A DNA stretch of 64,000 nt from Candidatus Dormibacteria bacterium. Lineage in GTDB: Bacteria > Chloroflexota > Dormibacteria > Aeolococcales > Bog-877. Both the position numbers and the translations under genes were made by a program. The notes under the pieces were generated by a model. It had not been told where the DNA came from. It made no database searches and saw nothing but the letters and a program-made list of their open reading frames with translations. This document shows positions 29,799 through 39,218 of the stretch, piece after piece. The first letter of the stretch is position 1. Every line of letters begins with the position of its first letter. The stretch lies in assembly GCA_050734395.1 (NCBI GenBank), contig JBOHUK010000042.1, positions 7,023 to 71,022 on the forward strand. Reading direction: 5' to 3'.

Positions 29799-30356
29799 GT
29801 GGCCCAGTGCACCGGGATCCCGGTCTCCAGCGAGATCGTCATCCCCTTTGCCGGGCTGCTGGCCGGCAGCGGCACCCTGAGCCTGCCCCTGGTGATCCTG
29901 GTCACGGTGGCGGGGGAGCTGGTGGGGGCGATGATCGCCTACGGGATCGGCTCCTGGGTGGGCCGGCCGGCAGTGTTGGCGCTCGGGGCCCGCTTCCACT
30001 TCCGCGAGAGCCACCTGCTGGCGGCAGAGCGCTGGATCGAGCACCGCGGGGTGATGGCCGTCGCCATCGGGCGCTGCGTGCCGATCATCCGCAGCTACAC
30101 CAGTTTCCCCGCCGGCTTTGCCCACATGCGGCTTTCCCGCTTCATCCCGGCGACTCTGGTCGGGGCCCTGGTCTGGGACTCGGCGCTGGCGCTGGCCGGC
30201 TATGAGCTAGGGCGGCACTTCTCGGCGATCTCCTCGGTGCTCCAGCCCATCGGCTACGTGGCGTTGGTGGTGCTGGCGCTGGCGATCGTCTACGGCGTGT
30301 ATCGCTGGAACCAGCGCGGGCAGCGGGTCAACCCCGGCAGCTCCGACCCCGACTGA
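29799..30356 (+). CDS. DedA/SNARE-associated family membrane protein
   Basis: QCTGIPVSSEIVIPFAGLLAG, VGRCVPIIRSYTSFPAG and RFIP. The in-frame region upstream (LVHSLEHFLSTFGYAALFLL) also looks like DedA. The true start is therefore probably upstream, with a non-canonical start codon. Confidence 0.7.
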   Translation: MAQCTGIPVSSEIVIPFAGLLAGSGTLSLPLVILVTVAGELVGAMIAYGIGSWVGRPAVLALGARFHFRESHLLAAERWIEHRGVMAVAIGRCVPIIRSYTSFPAGFAHMRLSRFIPATLVGALVWDSALALAGYELGRHFSAISSVLQPIGYVALVVLALAIVYGVYRWNQRGQRVNPGSSDPD

Positions 30357-30459
30357 CTCTCGGCGGAGGCCCACCGAGCCCAGGGGCGCAGGTCACTCGG
30401 GGTCAGGTCAGGTCCGCTCCCCAAGTCTCGGGATTGGCAGGGCCCGCACCCGCCCCCGG

Positions 30460-31008
30460 CTACTCGAGACCCTCTGCCAGCTCCTGGTAGGCGGGCGCGA
30501 GCTCACTCCAGCGGGCTTCGGCATCGCCCAGCTCGCGCCCCGCCAGGTAGGAGGCCAGGTTCTCGGCGTGGATCTGCCAGCCGGCCCCGTAGGCGTAGAG
30601 CGGTTCCCGGGGCAGACCACGGACCTCTAGCACCAACACGGTCTGGCCCGAGTCGGGGGCCAGCGTCAGGTCCAGGGTCTCGTCGAAGGGTTCGGCGCCC
30701 TGGCCCTTGCGCCAGGACTCGTCCGTCTCCCTAGACGTCACGAGCAGGTGGCTCGGGGGCTCGCAGACCTCAACCCGTCCGGTCCCCTCCCAGTCATCCG
30801 ATGCCAGGTACAGGTGGAAGCTGCCTCCCTGGCGCAGGTCCCCATCGAGCTGGCCGTGCCACCGGCTCAGGCGGCTGGGATCGGTGATCGCCGACCACAC
30901 CTCGTCGATGGCTGAGTCGTAGCGGTGTTCGAGGTGGACGACACCCTTGCCGTCCACGGTGTGAAGGGTGCCGAGGATCTGGGGTCCTCTGGGGTGGTCA
31001 GCGGTCAT
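30460..31008 (-). CDS. SRPBCC (AHSA1/Aha1-like, START-fold) family protein
   Basis: HLEHRYDSAIDEVWSAITDPSRLSRW and the overall length (about 180 aa) are typical of the activator-of-Hsp90-ATPase homologue family. Confidence 0.6.
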   Translation of the reverse strand: MTADHPRGPQILGTLHTVDGKGVVHLEHRYDSAIDEVWSAITDPSRLSRWHGQLDGDLRQGGSFHLYLASDDWEGTGRVEVCEPPSHLLVTSRETDESWRKGQGAEPFDETLDLTLAPDSGQTVLVLEVRGLPREPLYAYGAGWQIHAENLASYLAGRELGDAEARWSELAPAYQELAEGLE

Positions 31009-31228
31009 ATGCCCCTCCTGATGCGGCGCCGCGATCCGCAAGCGCTGTTGGTGGCGAACGAGTCTCTCAACGATTATCCCGCCGCTTCCGATGGGAGAGG
31101 AGGGACTCGGAACGATCCCGGCTCGGAGTGCCGACGCGCGCTCCAGTTGCCGGAGCTCCGATCAAGGCCACGCGGTTCGCGTGACCTCAGCGAGATCGGG
31201 CGAGCGCCCGCCCCTCGCTGGCGCGTCG

Positions 31229-31798
31229 ATGCGTGAGAGGCTGCGCAGCGTGCTTGCCGTCGAAATGTGCTTCGCCGTGGTTTGGGGGCTCTTCTGGCTG
31301 TACTGGCTGGTTGCTGCCTTCTCGATGAAACGTGGCCATGTCCCATGGGCTCGCGAACTGGGCATCAGGGTCGTGATCCTGATCATCGCGCTCATCTTGC
31401 TCCGCTTCAGGGTCCTCAGCGGTCATGCCCTGAACACGGATCCCTGGCGTGCCGGCGCTGGCCTCGCTCTGCTCGCGGTGGGAATGTCGTGCGCTGTCTG
31501 GGCCCGCGTGCAGATCGGGCGCAATTGGGGCACTCCGATGACCCAGAAGGTAGACCCGGAGCTCGTGACCATGGGCCCCTACCATTGGGTCCGCCACCCG
31601 ATCTACTCGGGGGTCCTGGTCGCCAGCATCGGCACCGCCGTGGCGCTGAGCTGGTTTTGGCTGGTGGCCGTGGGCCTGGCTGCGGTCTACTTTCTCTACG
31701 GCGCAATGGTCGAGGAGCGCTACCTCACACAGCGCTTCCCCGAGGCCTATCCGAGGTACAAGCGCTCAACCAAGATGCTGGTGCCCTTCATCATCTGA
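31229..31798 (+). CDS. Isoprenylcysteine carboxyl methyltransferase (ICMT)-family membrane methyltransferase
   Basis: LVTMGPYHWVRHPIYSG......EERYLTQRFPEAY matches the RHPxY...EE motif. Four to five TM helices. Confidence 0.75.
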   Translation: MRERLRSVLAVEMCFAVVWGLFWLYWLVAAFSMKRGHVPWARELGIRVVILIIALILLRFRVLSGHALNTDPWRAGAGLALLAVGMSCAVWARVQIGRNWGTPMTQKVDPELVTMGPYHWVRHPIYSGVLVASIGTAVALSWFWLVAVGLAAVYFLYGAMVEERYLTQRFPEAYPRYKRSTKMLVPFII

Positions 31799-31990
31799 GG
31801 TACGTGCTGCAGGGTGGGCTTCGGCTCCGGCGTGGTGATGACGCGCCGGGGCCATCTCGCAGCCGGCTCGCGCCTGGCGGCCCGGCCCGACCGCGGCCGG
31901 GTTCTGAAAAAGCACAGGGTGGCTCGAAGGCCAGGTGCCGTCGCGGGCTTCTCCCTGTCGCCTCGCCCTGCCGCGAGGCTGGGCTCCCGC

Positions 31991-33667
31991 TCAGGACACG
32001 ACCGGTGAGCGCTCGACCTCGAGTTTGGTTCGGTCGGGGGTAATCTCGGGGGGGCGCCGGTGCGGTCGCGCCGCCAGGAAGTAGATGGCGCCGACCACGC
32101 AGATGACCACGACCACCAGCAGCGTGAGCCAGTCGAAGTTGAATAGCTCCCCCTTGGGACTGGTGATTCCAGTGGGGGTGAGGATGTTGGCCAGCATCAG
32201 GATGCCGTAGACGGCGGCACCAATGAGCACGGGCCAGGACCATAGCCCGAGCCGGAAAGAACCCTGCGCCTTCCAGCCCCGGAGCCGACCGACGATCGCC
32301 GCCAGGACCACCATCAGGAAGGACAGGTAGATGCCGGAGACCCCGAAGGACACCAGGGCGGTCAGAGCGGTGACGTTGGCGGGGTAGGTGATGAAGCCGA
32401 TCACGATCGGCTTGGACGGGCTGAAGTGCACCAGCAGGGTGAAGAGCAGGGGCAGCACCGCGGCGAGGACGACGGCGTTAACCGGGGTCTTAAAGCGCGG
32501 GGAGATGTAGCGCAGGACGTGGCTTCCTGGGACCGCCCGGTCCCGAGCGTAGGAGAACGCCAACCGCGCCCCCGCCCCCTGGACTGCGGTGCCGCAGCTG
32601 AAGAAGGCGAAGCAGACCAAGAACAGGATGAAGTCCTGAATCCCGGCCACGTGCACGTTGGCGCTGAGGATGTAAGGCACACCCCCGCTCAGTGAGGTGG
32701 CGGCGGTGAAGCTCTTGCCCCCGGAGGGGATGGCGAGGAGCAGAGCCCCCACCAGGATGAAGCTGGTGAGCCCGCCGATTAGCAGGGAGGAGACGATCGC
32801 CCGGGGCACCTGCCGACTCGCCGACTTGACCTCCTCCGCCACATCGCCCGCCGACTCGAAGCCGTAGAAGATGTAGACGTGGGCCAGGATCGCGACCAGG
32901 GCCGCGCCCAACCACCAGTTGCCGCCAAAGCTGACCCCTAGTGGATTGTGGGCCAGGTGCTCAGTGCCCTGGGTGCTGAACAGGAAGCCGATCCCGTGGT
33001 GGAAGCCCACGGCCGCCAGCAGAATGGCGATCCCAAAGGTCCCCAGGATCTCCACGTAGACCCCGATCTTGGAGATACTGCCCAGGAGGCGAACCCCGGC
33101 GACGTTAAAGAGCGTCTGGACAGCCAGCAACACCAGGGTGAAGAGCAGGATGGTGTTGGGGTCGGCGGCGTTGATGTTGGCGCCGAAGAGGTTGTGCAGT
33201 AGTGGGCTGGCGTAGATGACGAAGCCGGTGTCGACCGAGGCAACCGTGATGATCAGCGCCCAACCGTAGATCCAACCCACCCACCAGCCGTAGCCGCGTC
33301 CGATCAGATTCTTGCTCCAGTGGAAGAGCGCCCCCGCGATCGGGTAGTGGCTGCCCAGCTCGGCGAACACCAAGGACACCAGAAGCTGCCCTAGGACCAC
33401 GATCGGCATCAGCCACAGGTAGCGCGGCCCGGCCGAGCCGGCACCGAGGGTGAACAGCGAGTAGATGCCCACCATCGGGGAGAGGTAGCAGAAGGCAACG
33501 CCGAAGTTCTCAAAAAGGGAGAGGACCCGGCTCAACTCCTGGCGGTAGCCCAGTGCCGCCAGGCGATCGGAGTCAGCGTCTCCGACACTGCCCCTTGCCG
33601 GATTCAACTCGCCCCTGTCAGGCATCGGCAGGCCTCCACCAACCGGCGCTGCTCCAGCCCACTGCAC
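31991..33667 (-). CDS. Amino acid permease (APC superfamily)
   Basis: 12 TM helices with APC family N-terminal signature-like segments (SLFTLGAGSAGP, FAELGSHYPIAGALFHW). The start may be the internal Met at about 33625. Confidence 0.85.
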   Translation of the reverse strand: MQWAGAAPVGGGLPMPDRGELNPARGSVGDADSDRLAALGYRQELSRVLSLFENFGVAFCYLSPMVGIYSLFTLGAGSAGPRYLWLMPIVVLGQLLVSLVFAELGSHYPIAGALFHWSKNLIGRGYGWWVGWIYGWALIITVASVDTGFVIYASPLLHNLFGANINAADPNTILLFTLVLLAVQTLFNVAGVRLLGSISKIGVYVEILGTFGIAILLAAVGFHHGIGFLFSTQGTEHLAHNPLGVSFGGNWWLGAALVAILAHVYIFYGFESAGDVAEEVKSASRQVPRAIVSSLLIGGLTSFILVGALLLAIPSGGKSFTAATSLSGGVPYILSANVHVAGIQDFILFLVCFAFFSCGTAVQGAGARLAFSYARDRAVPGSHVLRYISPRFKTPVNAVVLAAVLPLLFTLLVHFSPSKPIVIGFITYPANVTALTALVSFGVSGIYLSFLMVVLAAIVGRLRGWKAQGSFRLGLWSWPVLIGAAVYGILMLANILTPTGITSPKGELFNFDWLTLLVVVVICVVGAIYFLAARPHRRPPEITPDRTKLEVERSPVVS

Positions 33668-33979
33668 TCAGCGCCTGGGCAGATCGCGCCGCTCCGGCAG
33701 GTTGATGCGCTCTAGCGCTGCAACCTAAGCGCGGGGAGAGACGCCGTCTACGTCCGCCCTAGACAAGGTTTGGCGGCCGTGCTGTGCGGTCTTGACAAGC
33801 CGGTACCCAAGAACCCCGGCGCAGCGAGCCGGACGATGAAATCTCGCGCTCGGCTTCCGCATGAACAGGCGCGACCCCAACTGCCGAGCCTCCTACTCCA
33901 CCGGCCGGCAGAACTCCCCTCACCGCGTTCCACGCCCGCCTCAAGGCCCGGCCCGAGGGACCTGGGACCAGGCACGGAG

Positions 33980-34204
33980 ATGGCCGAGCACTTGGAGTTC
34001 ACCGTGGCCACCGGGGTTCAGGTCTACTTCTGCCACCCGCGGAGCCCTTGGCAGCGCGGGACAACGAGAACGCCAACGGCCTGCTGCGCCCGTACTTCCC
34101 CAAGGGCACCGACCTGTCATTGCTCTCCCAGGCCGACCTTGACGCCGTGGCCCAGCAGCTCAATGGACGCCCGCGACAAACCCTCGGCTGGATGACACGT
34201 GAGA
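33980..34204 (+). pseudogene. IS30-family transposase, C-terminal remnant with frameshift
   Basis: [16 protein letters not shown], then after a -1 shift [19 protein letters not shown]...[11 protein letters not shown]. This equals the conserved IS30 transposase C-terminus ([32 protein letters not shown]). A 1-nt deletion is apparent near 34059. The N-terminal roughly 250 aa are absent. Confidence 0.6.
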
Positions 34205-34213
34205 CACGACAGA

Positions 34214-34292
34214 TGGCGCGCCCAGAGGGATTTGAACCCCCGCAAACCCAGATCCGTAGTCTGGTGCTCTATCCGGGCTGAGCTATGGGCGC
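34214..34292 (-). tRNA. tRNA-Arg (anticodon ACG)
   Basis: Reverse complement is GCGCCCATAGCTCAGCCCGGATAGAGCACCAGACTACGGATCTGG....GGGGGTTCAAATCCCTCTGGGCGCGCCA. It has a 7-bp acceptor stem, a CCAGA/TCTGG anticodon stem, loop CU-ACG-GA, a TTCAAAT T-loop, and an encoded CCA. Confidence 0.8.
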
Positions 34293-34330
34293 GTGGCGGG
34301 AACGAGATTGTAAGCCGTGCCGCGAGTGGC

Positions 34331-34576
34331 TCACCCGGGAAGAGAAGCCACCCCCTGTTCCAGGGCTCTGGTTGCGGCAATCCGACAGCCGAGCTGGTCC
34401 AGGACCGCGTCGAGCTCTTCGCGAAGCTCAGCCTCCAGGGAGAGGGGCCGGTTGTCCAGCTCGCGCAGCAGGGCTGACAGTTGTAGCGCCTTCTGCTCGA
34501 TCTTGGCCACCGTCTCCCGAGCGTCCAGATCGCGGCTGATGGGGGTTCCCGTCAGTTCCAAGATGCCGCCCTCCAA
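34331..34576 (-). CDS. Hypothetical small protein (81 aa), predicted helical
   Basis: The only non-shadow ORF between tRNA-Arg and the GT2 gene. Charged and coiled-coil-like, with no motif. It may be non-coding. Confidence 0.2.
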   Translation of the reverse strand: MEGGILELTGTPISRDLDARETVAKIEQKALQLSALLRELDNRPLSLEAELREELDAVLDQLGCRIAATRALEQGVASLPG

Positions 34577-34666
34577 AGGGGGTCACCGGGCCCCGAACCG
34601 AACTCGCCCGCGGCTCTCCCGGGCTCCCCGCCATGCTACCTCGGGGAGCGGCCTCGGGCGCCCCAG

Positions 34667-36835
34667 TCACGGGGTCGGCGACGGCGGGGGCGGGGTGGTC
34701 GCGCCGGCGCTCGGGGTCGCGCTGGCGCTCGGGCTGGGCAGGGGCGAGGTCGTGGCGCTCGCCGAGGGGCTGGGGCTCACCGCCGGTGAAGGGCTGGCGG
34801 ACGGCGACGGAGTGCCCGAGGGGGTCGAGTCCACGGCCGGTCCCTTGGCGACGAAGGGGGCGGGGGCAGTGGGGCTGGAGGTGGCGAAGGCCACGATCAG
34901 GCCTCCCGCGGCCAGCAGCGCCAGCGCCACCGGCAGCCGGGCCGCATGGGAGTGGGCCTCGACCGGCTCGCTGAGGTTCTGGGCCGAGCGCAAATAGATC
35001 TGTCGCAGCGGGGTGATCCGGATGCCCTCGGTGGCCAGGCTGGCCCAAGGGGCGCTCAGATAGACGGCTGCCTGGAAGAGCAGCAGCAGCGCCAAGAGCG
35101 TGGCGGTGATGCTGAAGGCCCGCGCCTCCATAGCCACCGCCGCCGCCACCGCCGCCACCGCCAGGGCGGTCTCGGGCCGGGCGGAGCGCAGCGCCTGACG
35201 GACATTGCCCAGGCCCGAGCGGCGCTTCGGGGTGCGCAGGAAGATGGCCTTGGAGGTCAGCAGCCCGCGCAGGTCCGCCAGGGCCACGGTCCAGCTCAGC
35301 GCGAACCACACCCGCAGGGCCCGCAGGGCGTCGCCCCAGGAGAGGCCGCCGCTGCGGCGCATCGCCCAACTGGCCCGCAGCAGACCGAAGCCCAGGAAGA
35401 CCAGGGGGATCACCAGCACCGCCCCGGTGATCTCCCGGACCGGCAGCCGGTGGTGGGCGGCGGTGGCGGCGGCGGTGGCCAGCAGCAGCAGCGTGAAGGC
35501 GGCCATCAGGAGGTCCGAGAACCACTGCACCGCTCCCAGCAGGTAGTGCCAGCGCTGCGCTCGGGTCAGGCGCAGCTGGTGGGGGGTGAAGGGGAGCAGC
35601 TCACGCCAGTGCTGACGCAGGATCTGGATGCCCCCGAGCGCCCAGCGGAAGCGCTGCTTCTTGAGGCCGTCGAAGGTGAGCGGCATCAGCCCCTCGCCCC
35701 AGGCGACGTGGTGGTAGACGCCGCGATAGCCGCGCCCAAGCATGCGCAGGCTGGCCTCGGCGTCCTCGGTGATGCAGTCCTCGTTCCAGCCGCCGATCTC
35801 ATCCAACACCGAGCGCCGGATCAGCCCCATCGTGCCGCAGAAGATGATCGCGTCCCGGTGGGCACGGGCCGGCATGGTGATGTCGAAGAAGTAGCGGTAG
35901 CTGTGGAACAGGCCCCGCAGGTACGAGTCGTCGTGCCAGTCCCGGTAGTGCTGGGGAGTCTGCACGAAGCCGACCGAGGGGTCGATGAAGTAGGGGATGG
36001 TCTGCCGTAGCCATCCGGGGCGGACCAGGTAGTCGGCGTCGACGATGCCCACCACCTCCACCTCCTCCGGGAGGCGTCGCGTCGCCTCGTTCAGCGCCCC
36101 CGCCTTGAACCCAGGCCAGGGGCTGAGGTGGATGAAGGCGAAGCGCTTACCGAGCTCCTGGCAGAGCGCCTCCAGCGGACGCCAGACCGCCTCGTCGGTG
36201 GTGTTGTTGTCGACCACCTGCACCAGGAATCGCGGGTAATCCAGCCGGCCGAGCGCGCGCAGGGTCTCCGCCACCAGCTCCACCGGCTCGTTGTAGGTCG
36301 GCACCTGGAGGACGACCAGCGGCCAGGGGCGCTCGTCCGGCCACGCCGGCGGTCTGGCGGGCGGCTCGACGGGCCGCCCCAGCACGTCGACGATCTCGAA
36401 CAGGTAGGACAGTGCCAGGCCCAGGGCGGCGATCTCGCCCAAGATGAGGACGACCGAGCCCACCAGGACCGCGACCTCGAGGCGCGGGACGACGGCTTGG
36501 GCGGCGGTCTGCTGGGCGGAGTAGCTGACGTAGGCGGCGGCGGCGAGCGCGGCGCTGAGCCACAGGACCCTGCCCAACCAGGTCCACCCCCGTAGCCACA
36601 GGAAGCTCAGCCCTCCCAGCATGAGCAGGCCCAAGCCAGCGCCCACGGCCAAGGGCAACTGGCCGGTCAGCCAGAAGGTGGCCCAGCCCCCGGTGGCCAG
36701 CGCCACCGCGGTCGGGATCAGGCTCAGCCCCCGGCGTGCCCGGATCAGGCGGGGCAGGACCGCCAGGGCGGTGCAGGCCCCCGACGAGCAGGCCAGGTCA
36801 ACTAGGACGGAGAGCAGCCCGGCATGGGGGTTCAT
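34667..36835 (-). CDS. Processive GT2 glycosyltransferase (cellulose/chitin/hyaluronan synthase-like) with C-terminal Pro/Ser/Thr-rich tail
   Basis: VLQVPTYNEPVELV, DADYLVRPGWL, FCGTMGLIRRS, ITEDAEASL and QRFRWALG (the D, D, D, QxxRW set of processive beta-glycosyltransferases), flanked by multiple TM helices. The C-terminal roughly 70 aa are low-complexity P/S/T/A. Confidence 0.8.
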   Translation of the reverse strand: MNPHAGLLSVLVDLACSSGACTALAVLPRLIRARRGLSLIPTAVALATGGWATFWLTGQLPLAVGAGLGLLMLGGLSFLWLRGWTWLGRVLWLSAALAAAAYVSYSAQQTAAQAVVPRLEVAVLVGSVVLILGEIAALGLALSYLFEIVDVLGRPVEPPARPPAWPDERPWPLVVLQVPTYNEPVELVAETLRALGRLDYPRFLVQVVDNNTTDEAVWRPLEALCQELGKRFAFIHLSPWPGFKAGALNEATRRLPEEVEVVGIVDADYLVRPGWLRQTIPYFIDPSVGFVQTPQHYRDWHDDSYLRGLFHSYRYFFDITMPARAHRDAIIFCGTMGLIRRSVLDEIGGWNEDCITEDAEASLRMLGRGYRGVYHHVAWGEGLMPLTFDGLKKQRFRWALGGIQILRQHWRELLPFTPHQLRLTRAQRWHYLLGAVQWFSDLLMAAFTLLLLATAAATAAHHRLPVREITGAVLVIPLVFLGFGLLRASWAMRRSGGLSWGDALRALRVWFALSWTVALADLRGLLTSKAIFLRTPKRRSGLGNVRQALRSARPETALAVAAVAAAVAMEARAFSITATLLALLLLFQAAVYLSAPWASLATEGIRITPLRQIYLRSAQNLSEPVEAHSHAARLPVALALLAAGGLIVAFATSSPTAPAPFVAKGPAVDSTPSGTPSPSASPSPAVSPSPSASATTSPLPSPSASATPSAGATTPPPPSPTP

Positions 36836-36914
36836 AGGGGGGCGCCCGGCCGGCGCGGCTGCGGCCCCGGACCCACGATCGGGCCCGGGGCCGGGTGGGC
36901 ACCGTCAGGCGAGA

Positions 36915-37610
36915 TCAGGCGCGACGCGCTCGCGCAGATGTGGGATGCGAGAACAGGTGGATCAGCCGCATCAGCACCCAGGCCGCCAGCGTGTAGATCA
37001 CGATCGCCAGGAGCGCACCCCAGAACGTCGTGTGGTCGACCGCGGGCACGTTGCGGTTGGCGAAGATGGGCGCGAAGGGGCTGGCCAGCGAGTCTCCAAC
37101 CCGCTCCACCACGTTGACGAAGCCTGCGCTGCTCAGCGCGATCGCCCGGAACAAGAAGTCCAGCCCCAGGAAGGCGTCGACCACTGCCACGCAGAGCCAG
37201 ATCAGCTCTCCGAGCCGCAGGCCGCCCCGGGCGGTCGGCCGCCGCGAGACCGCCGCTCCCGCCGTGGGACCGGACTGGAGGCCCGCCAGCTGTGGCGCCG
37301 TCGTCACCAACCCGGGTGAGGTCTGCTCCTTGGTGGCGAAGGCCGAGGTGTCGGTGGCCGCGCCGGTGACCACCGGTGCCGCCAGGCCCGGCTGTGGCGG
37401 TAGGTAGGTAGGCTCAGCCGGCGCGGCCGTGGCCGTCCTGCTCGGGCCCGCATAGCGCGCTTCGCGGTCCGCCTGCGTCCCGGAGCTGCCGCCCGTCTCT
37501 GTCTGGCGTTCCGAGTCGTCTTCTTGCCACGGGAAATGCCTGCCCAAGGCAACTCCTCCTGCTGGCCACGGCCGTCGTGGCTGGGGGCTGGAAGCCCGAA
37601 CCTGCGGCAC
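36915..37610 (-). CDS. Hypothetical membrane protein with Pro/Thr/Ala-rich N-terminal region
   Basis: The C-terminal half has about 3 TM helices (LIWLCVAVVDAFLGLDFLF, ALLAIVIYTLAAWVLMRLI). The N-terminus is a low-complexity cytoplasmic or extracellular linker. No confident family. Confidence 0.35.
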   Translation of the reverse strand: MPQVRASSPQPRRPWPAGGVALGRHFPWQEDDSERQTETGGSSGTQADREARYAGPSRTATAAPAEPTYLPPQPGLAAPVVTGAATDTSAFATKEQTSPGLVTTAPQLAGLQSGPTAGAAVSRRPTARGGLRLGELIWLCVAVVDAFLGLDFLFRAIALSSAGFVNVVERVGDSLASPFAPIFANRNVPAVDHTTFWGALLAIVIYTLAAWVLMRLIHLFSHPTSARARRA

Positions 37611-37731
37611 TGTCCCCTGGGGAAAACAACGCCTGCCGTGGGAGTGGGTTTCACCGCCCGCCGCGACCGGCCGAAGGCTCTCGAACTTGGCTATACTCGC
37701 CTGCGCGCCGCGGCTGGCCCGCGACCGGTCG

Positions 37732-37812
37732 GCGCGGATGGCGAAATGGTAGACGCGCGGGGCTTAGAACCCCGTGGGGCAACCCGTCCGAGTTCGACCC
37801 TCGGTCCGCGCA
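37732..37812 (+). tRNA. tRNA-Leu (anticodon UAG), type II with long variable arm
   Basis: GCGCGGA acceptor pairs with TCCGCGC. Anticodon stem CGGGG/CCCCG, loop CU-UAG-AA, variable arm GGGGCAACCC, T-arm CCGAG-TTCGACC-CTCGG, discriminator A. CCA is not encoded. Confidence 0.85.
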
Positions 37813-37832
37813 CGAGGTTCTTGGGGAGCAGG

Positions 37833-39152
37833 ATGAGTCCCAACTCCGCCGGAGCTCCCGAACTTGAGCTCTCGGTCGAGCGCCAGCCGGGGTCCTCGGC
37901 CCAGGTGACCGTCACCGCTCCCGCCGACGAGACCGAGCGAGCCCTGACGCTGGCCCTGCGGCACCTCGGCCAGCGCTATCGGTTCCCGGGGTTCCGCCCC
38001 GGTCGCGCCCCCGCCGCGGTGGTGGAGCGGGCGGTCGGCTGGGAGGCGCTGCGCCAGCATGCCCTCGACGACCTGCTGCCGGTGGTGTGGGCGCGAGCGG
38101 TCGGCCAGGCCGGGTTGCAGCCGGTCTCCTCCCCCCAGGTGAGCGAGGTGGTGCTGGAGCGGGGTCAGCCCTTTCACTTCGTCGCCAGCGTCACACTCCG
38201 TCCTGAGGTCACCCTCGGTGACTACCGAGGGATCCAGGTCGCGCTGGCGCCCCGCGCGATCACCGAGGAGCAGGTCGACCAGGCGCTGGAGGACGTGCGC
38301 CAGCGCTACGCGCAGCTGAGCGATGCCAGCGACCGCGAGGCCCGCTTCGGGGATGTCCTGGAGGCGGACCTGACCATGACCCATGGGGGAGAGGCGGTGG
38401 GAGCCCCCAACCAGCGCCAGACTCTGGAGCTGGAGCCGGAGGCGCTGCTGCCGGGAATGGCGGACCAGCTGCAGGGAGCCCGGGTGGGGGAGGAGGTGGA
38501 GATCTCCGTGACCCTGCCCCAGGAGTACGGTCGGGAGGAGCTCCGCGGCGAGTTGGTCACGATCACGGCGGCGCTGAAGCAGATCCAGGCCAAAGAGCTA
38601 CCGCCCCTTGACGACAACCTGGCCGCCATCGCCGGCCACGGGGAGAACCTCCTGGAGCTGCGCCAGTACGCGCGCGAGCAGCTCCAGGAGGTGGCGGAGC
38701 TGGAGGCCACCAGGGAGCAGGAGGCGCAGGTCACCGAGCGGCTGCTGGCCCTGGCCCGGGTCGAGGTACCCGAGGAGATGGTGCAGGCAGAGATCGACCG
38801 TCAGCTGCGGGAGCTGGAGCTACGCCTGGGCGGGGCTGGGGTCGCAGTCGCCCCATGGCTGGAGTCCCAGGGAAAGACCCCAGAGCAATTTCGCGGTGAG
38901 CAGCGCCAGCCGGCGGTTGAGCGGGTGCGCCTGGAGCTGCTGCTCGATGAGCTGGCCAGCCAGGAGAAGATCGAGGTGGGCGACCAGGAGCTGGACCAGA
39001 GCCTGCGCCGGATCTTCTCCGGGCCGAAGTCCGGCGAGACCAGACGCCGGGCCCGGGAGCCGCTCCGGCGGGAGATGCGCCGGGAGCGGGCGGGGCGCTG
39101 GCTGGCGGCCCATGCCCGTGGCGAGGCGGGTCCCGAGCAAGAGCAGGGGTAA
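37833..39152 (+). CDS. tig: Trigger factor
   Basis: Ribosome-binding signature FPGFRPGRAP (GFRxGxxP) in the N-terminal domain. About 440 aa. Located immediately upstream of clpP-clpX, the conserved gene order. Confidence 0.85.
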   Translation: MSPNSAGAPELELSVERQPGSSAQVTVTAPADETERALTLALRHLGQRYRFPGFRPGRAPAAVVERAVGWEALRQHALDDLLPVVWARAVGQAGLQPVSSPQVSEVVLERGQPFHFVASVTLRPEVTLGDYRGIQVALAPRAITEEQVDQALEDVRQRYAQLSDASDREARFGDVLEADLTMTHGGEAVGAPNQRQTLELEPEALLPGMADQLQGARVGEEVEISVTLPQEYGREELRGELVTITAALKQIQAKELPPLDDNLAAIAGHGENLLELRQYAREQLQEVAELEATREQEAQVTERLLALARVEVPEEMVQAEIDRQLRELELRLGGAGVAVAPWLESQGKTPEQFRGEQRQPAVERVRLELLLDELASQEKIEVGDQELDQSLRRIFSGPKSGETRRRAREPLRREMRRERAGRWLAAHARGEAGPEQEQG

Positions 39153-39218
39153 CTTCGCCGCCCCTGGGTATACTCGGCACCGGGGCGGCCGGGCTGCTCA
39201 GCGGGCTTTCTAAGGGAG

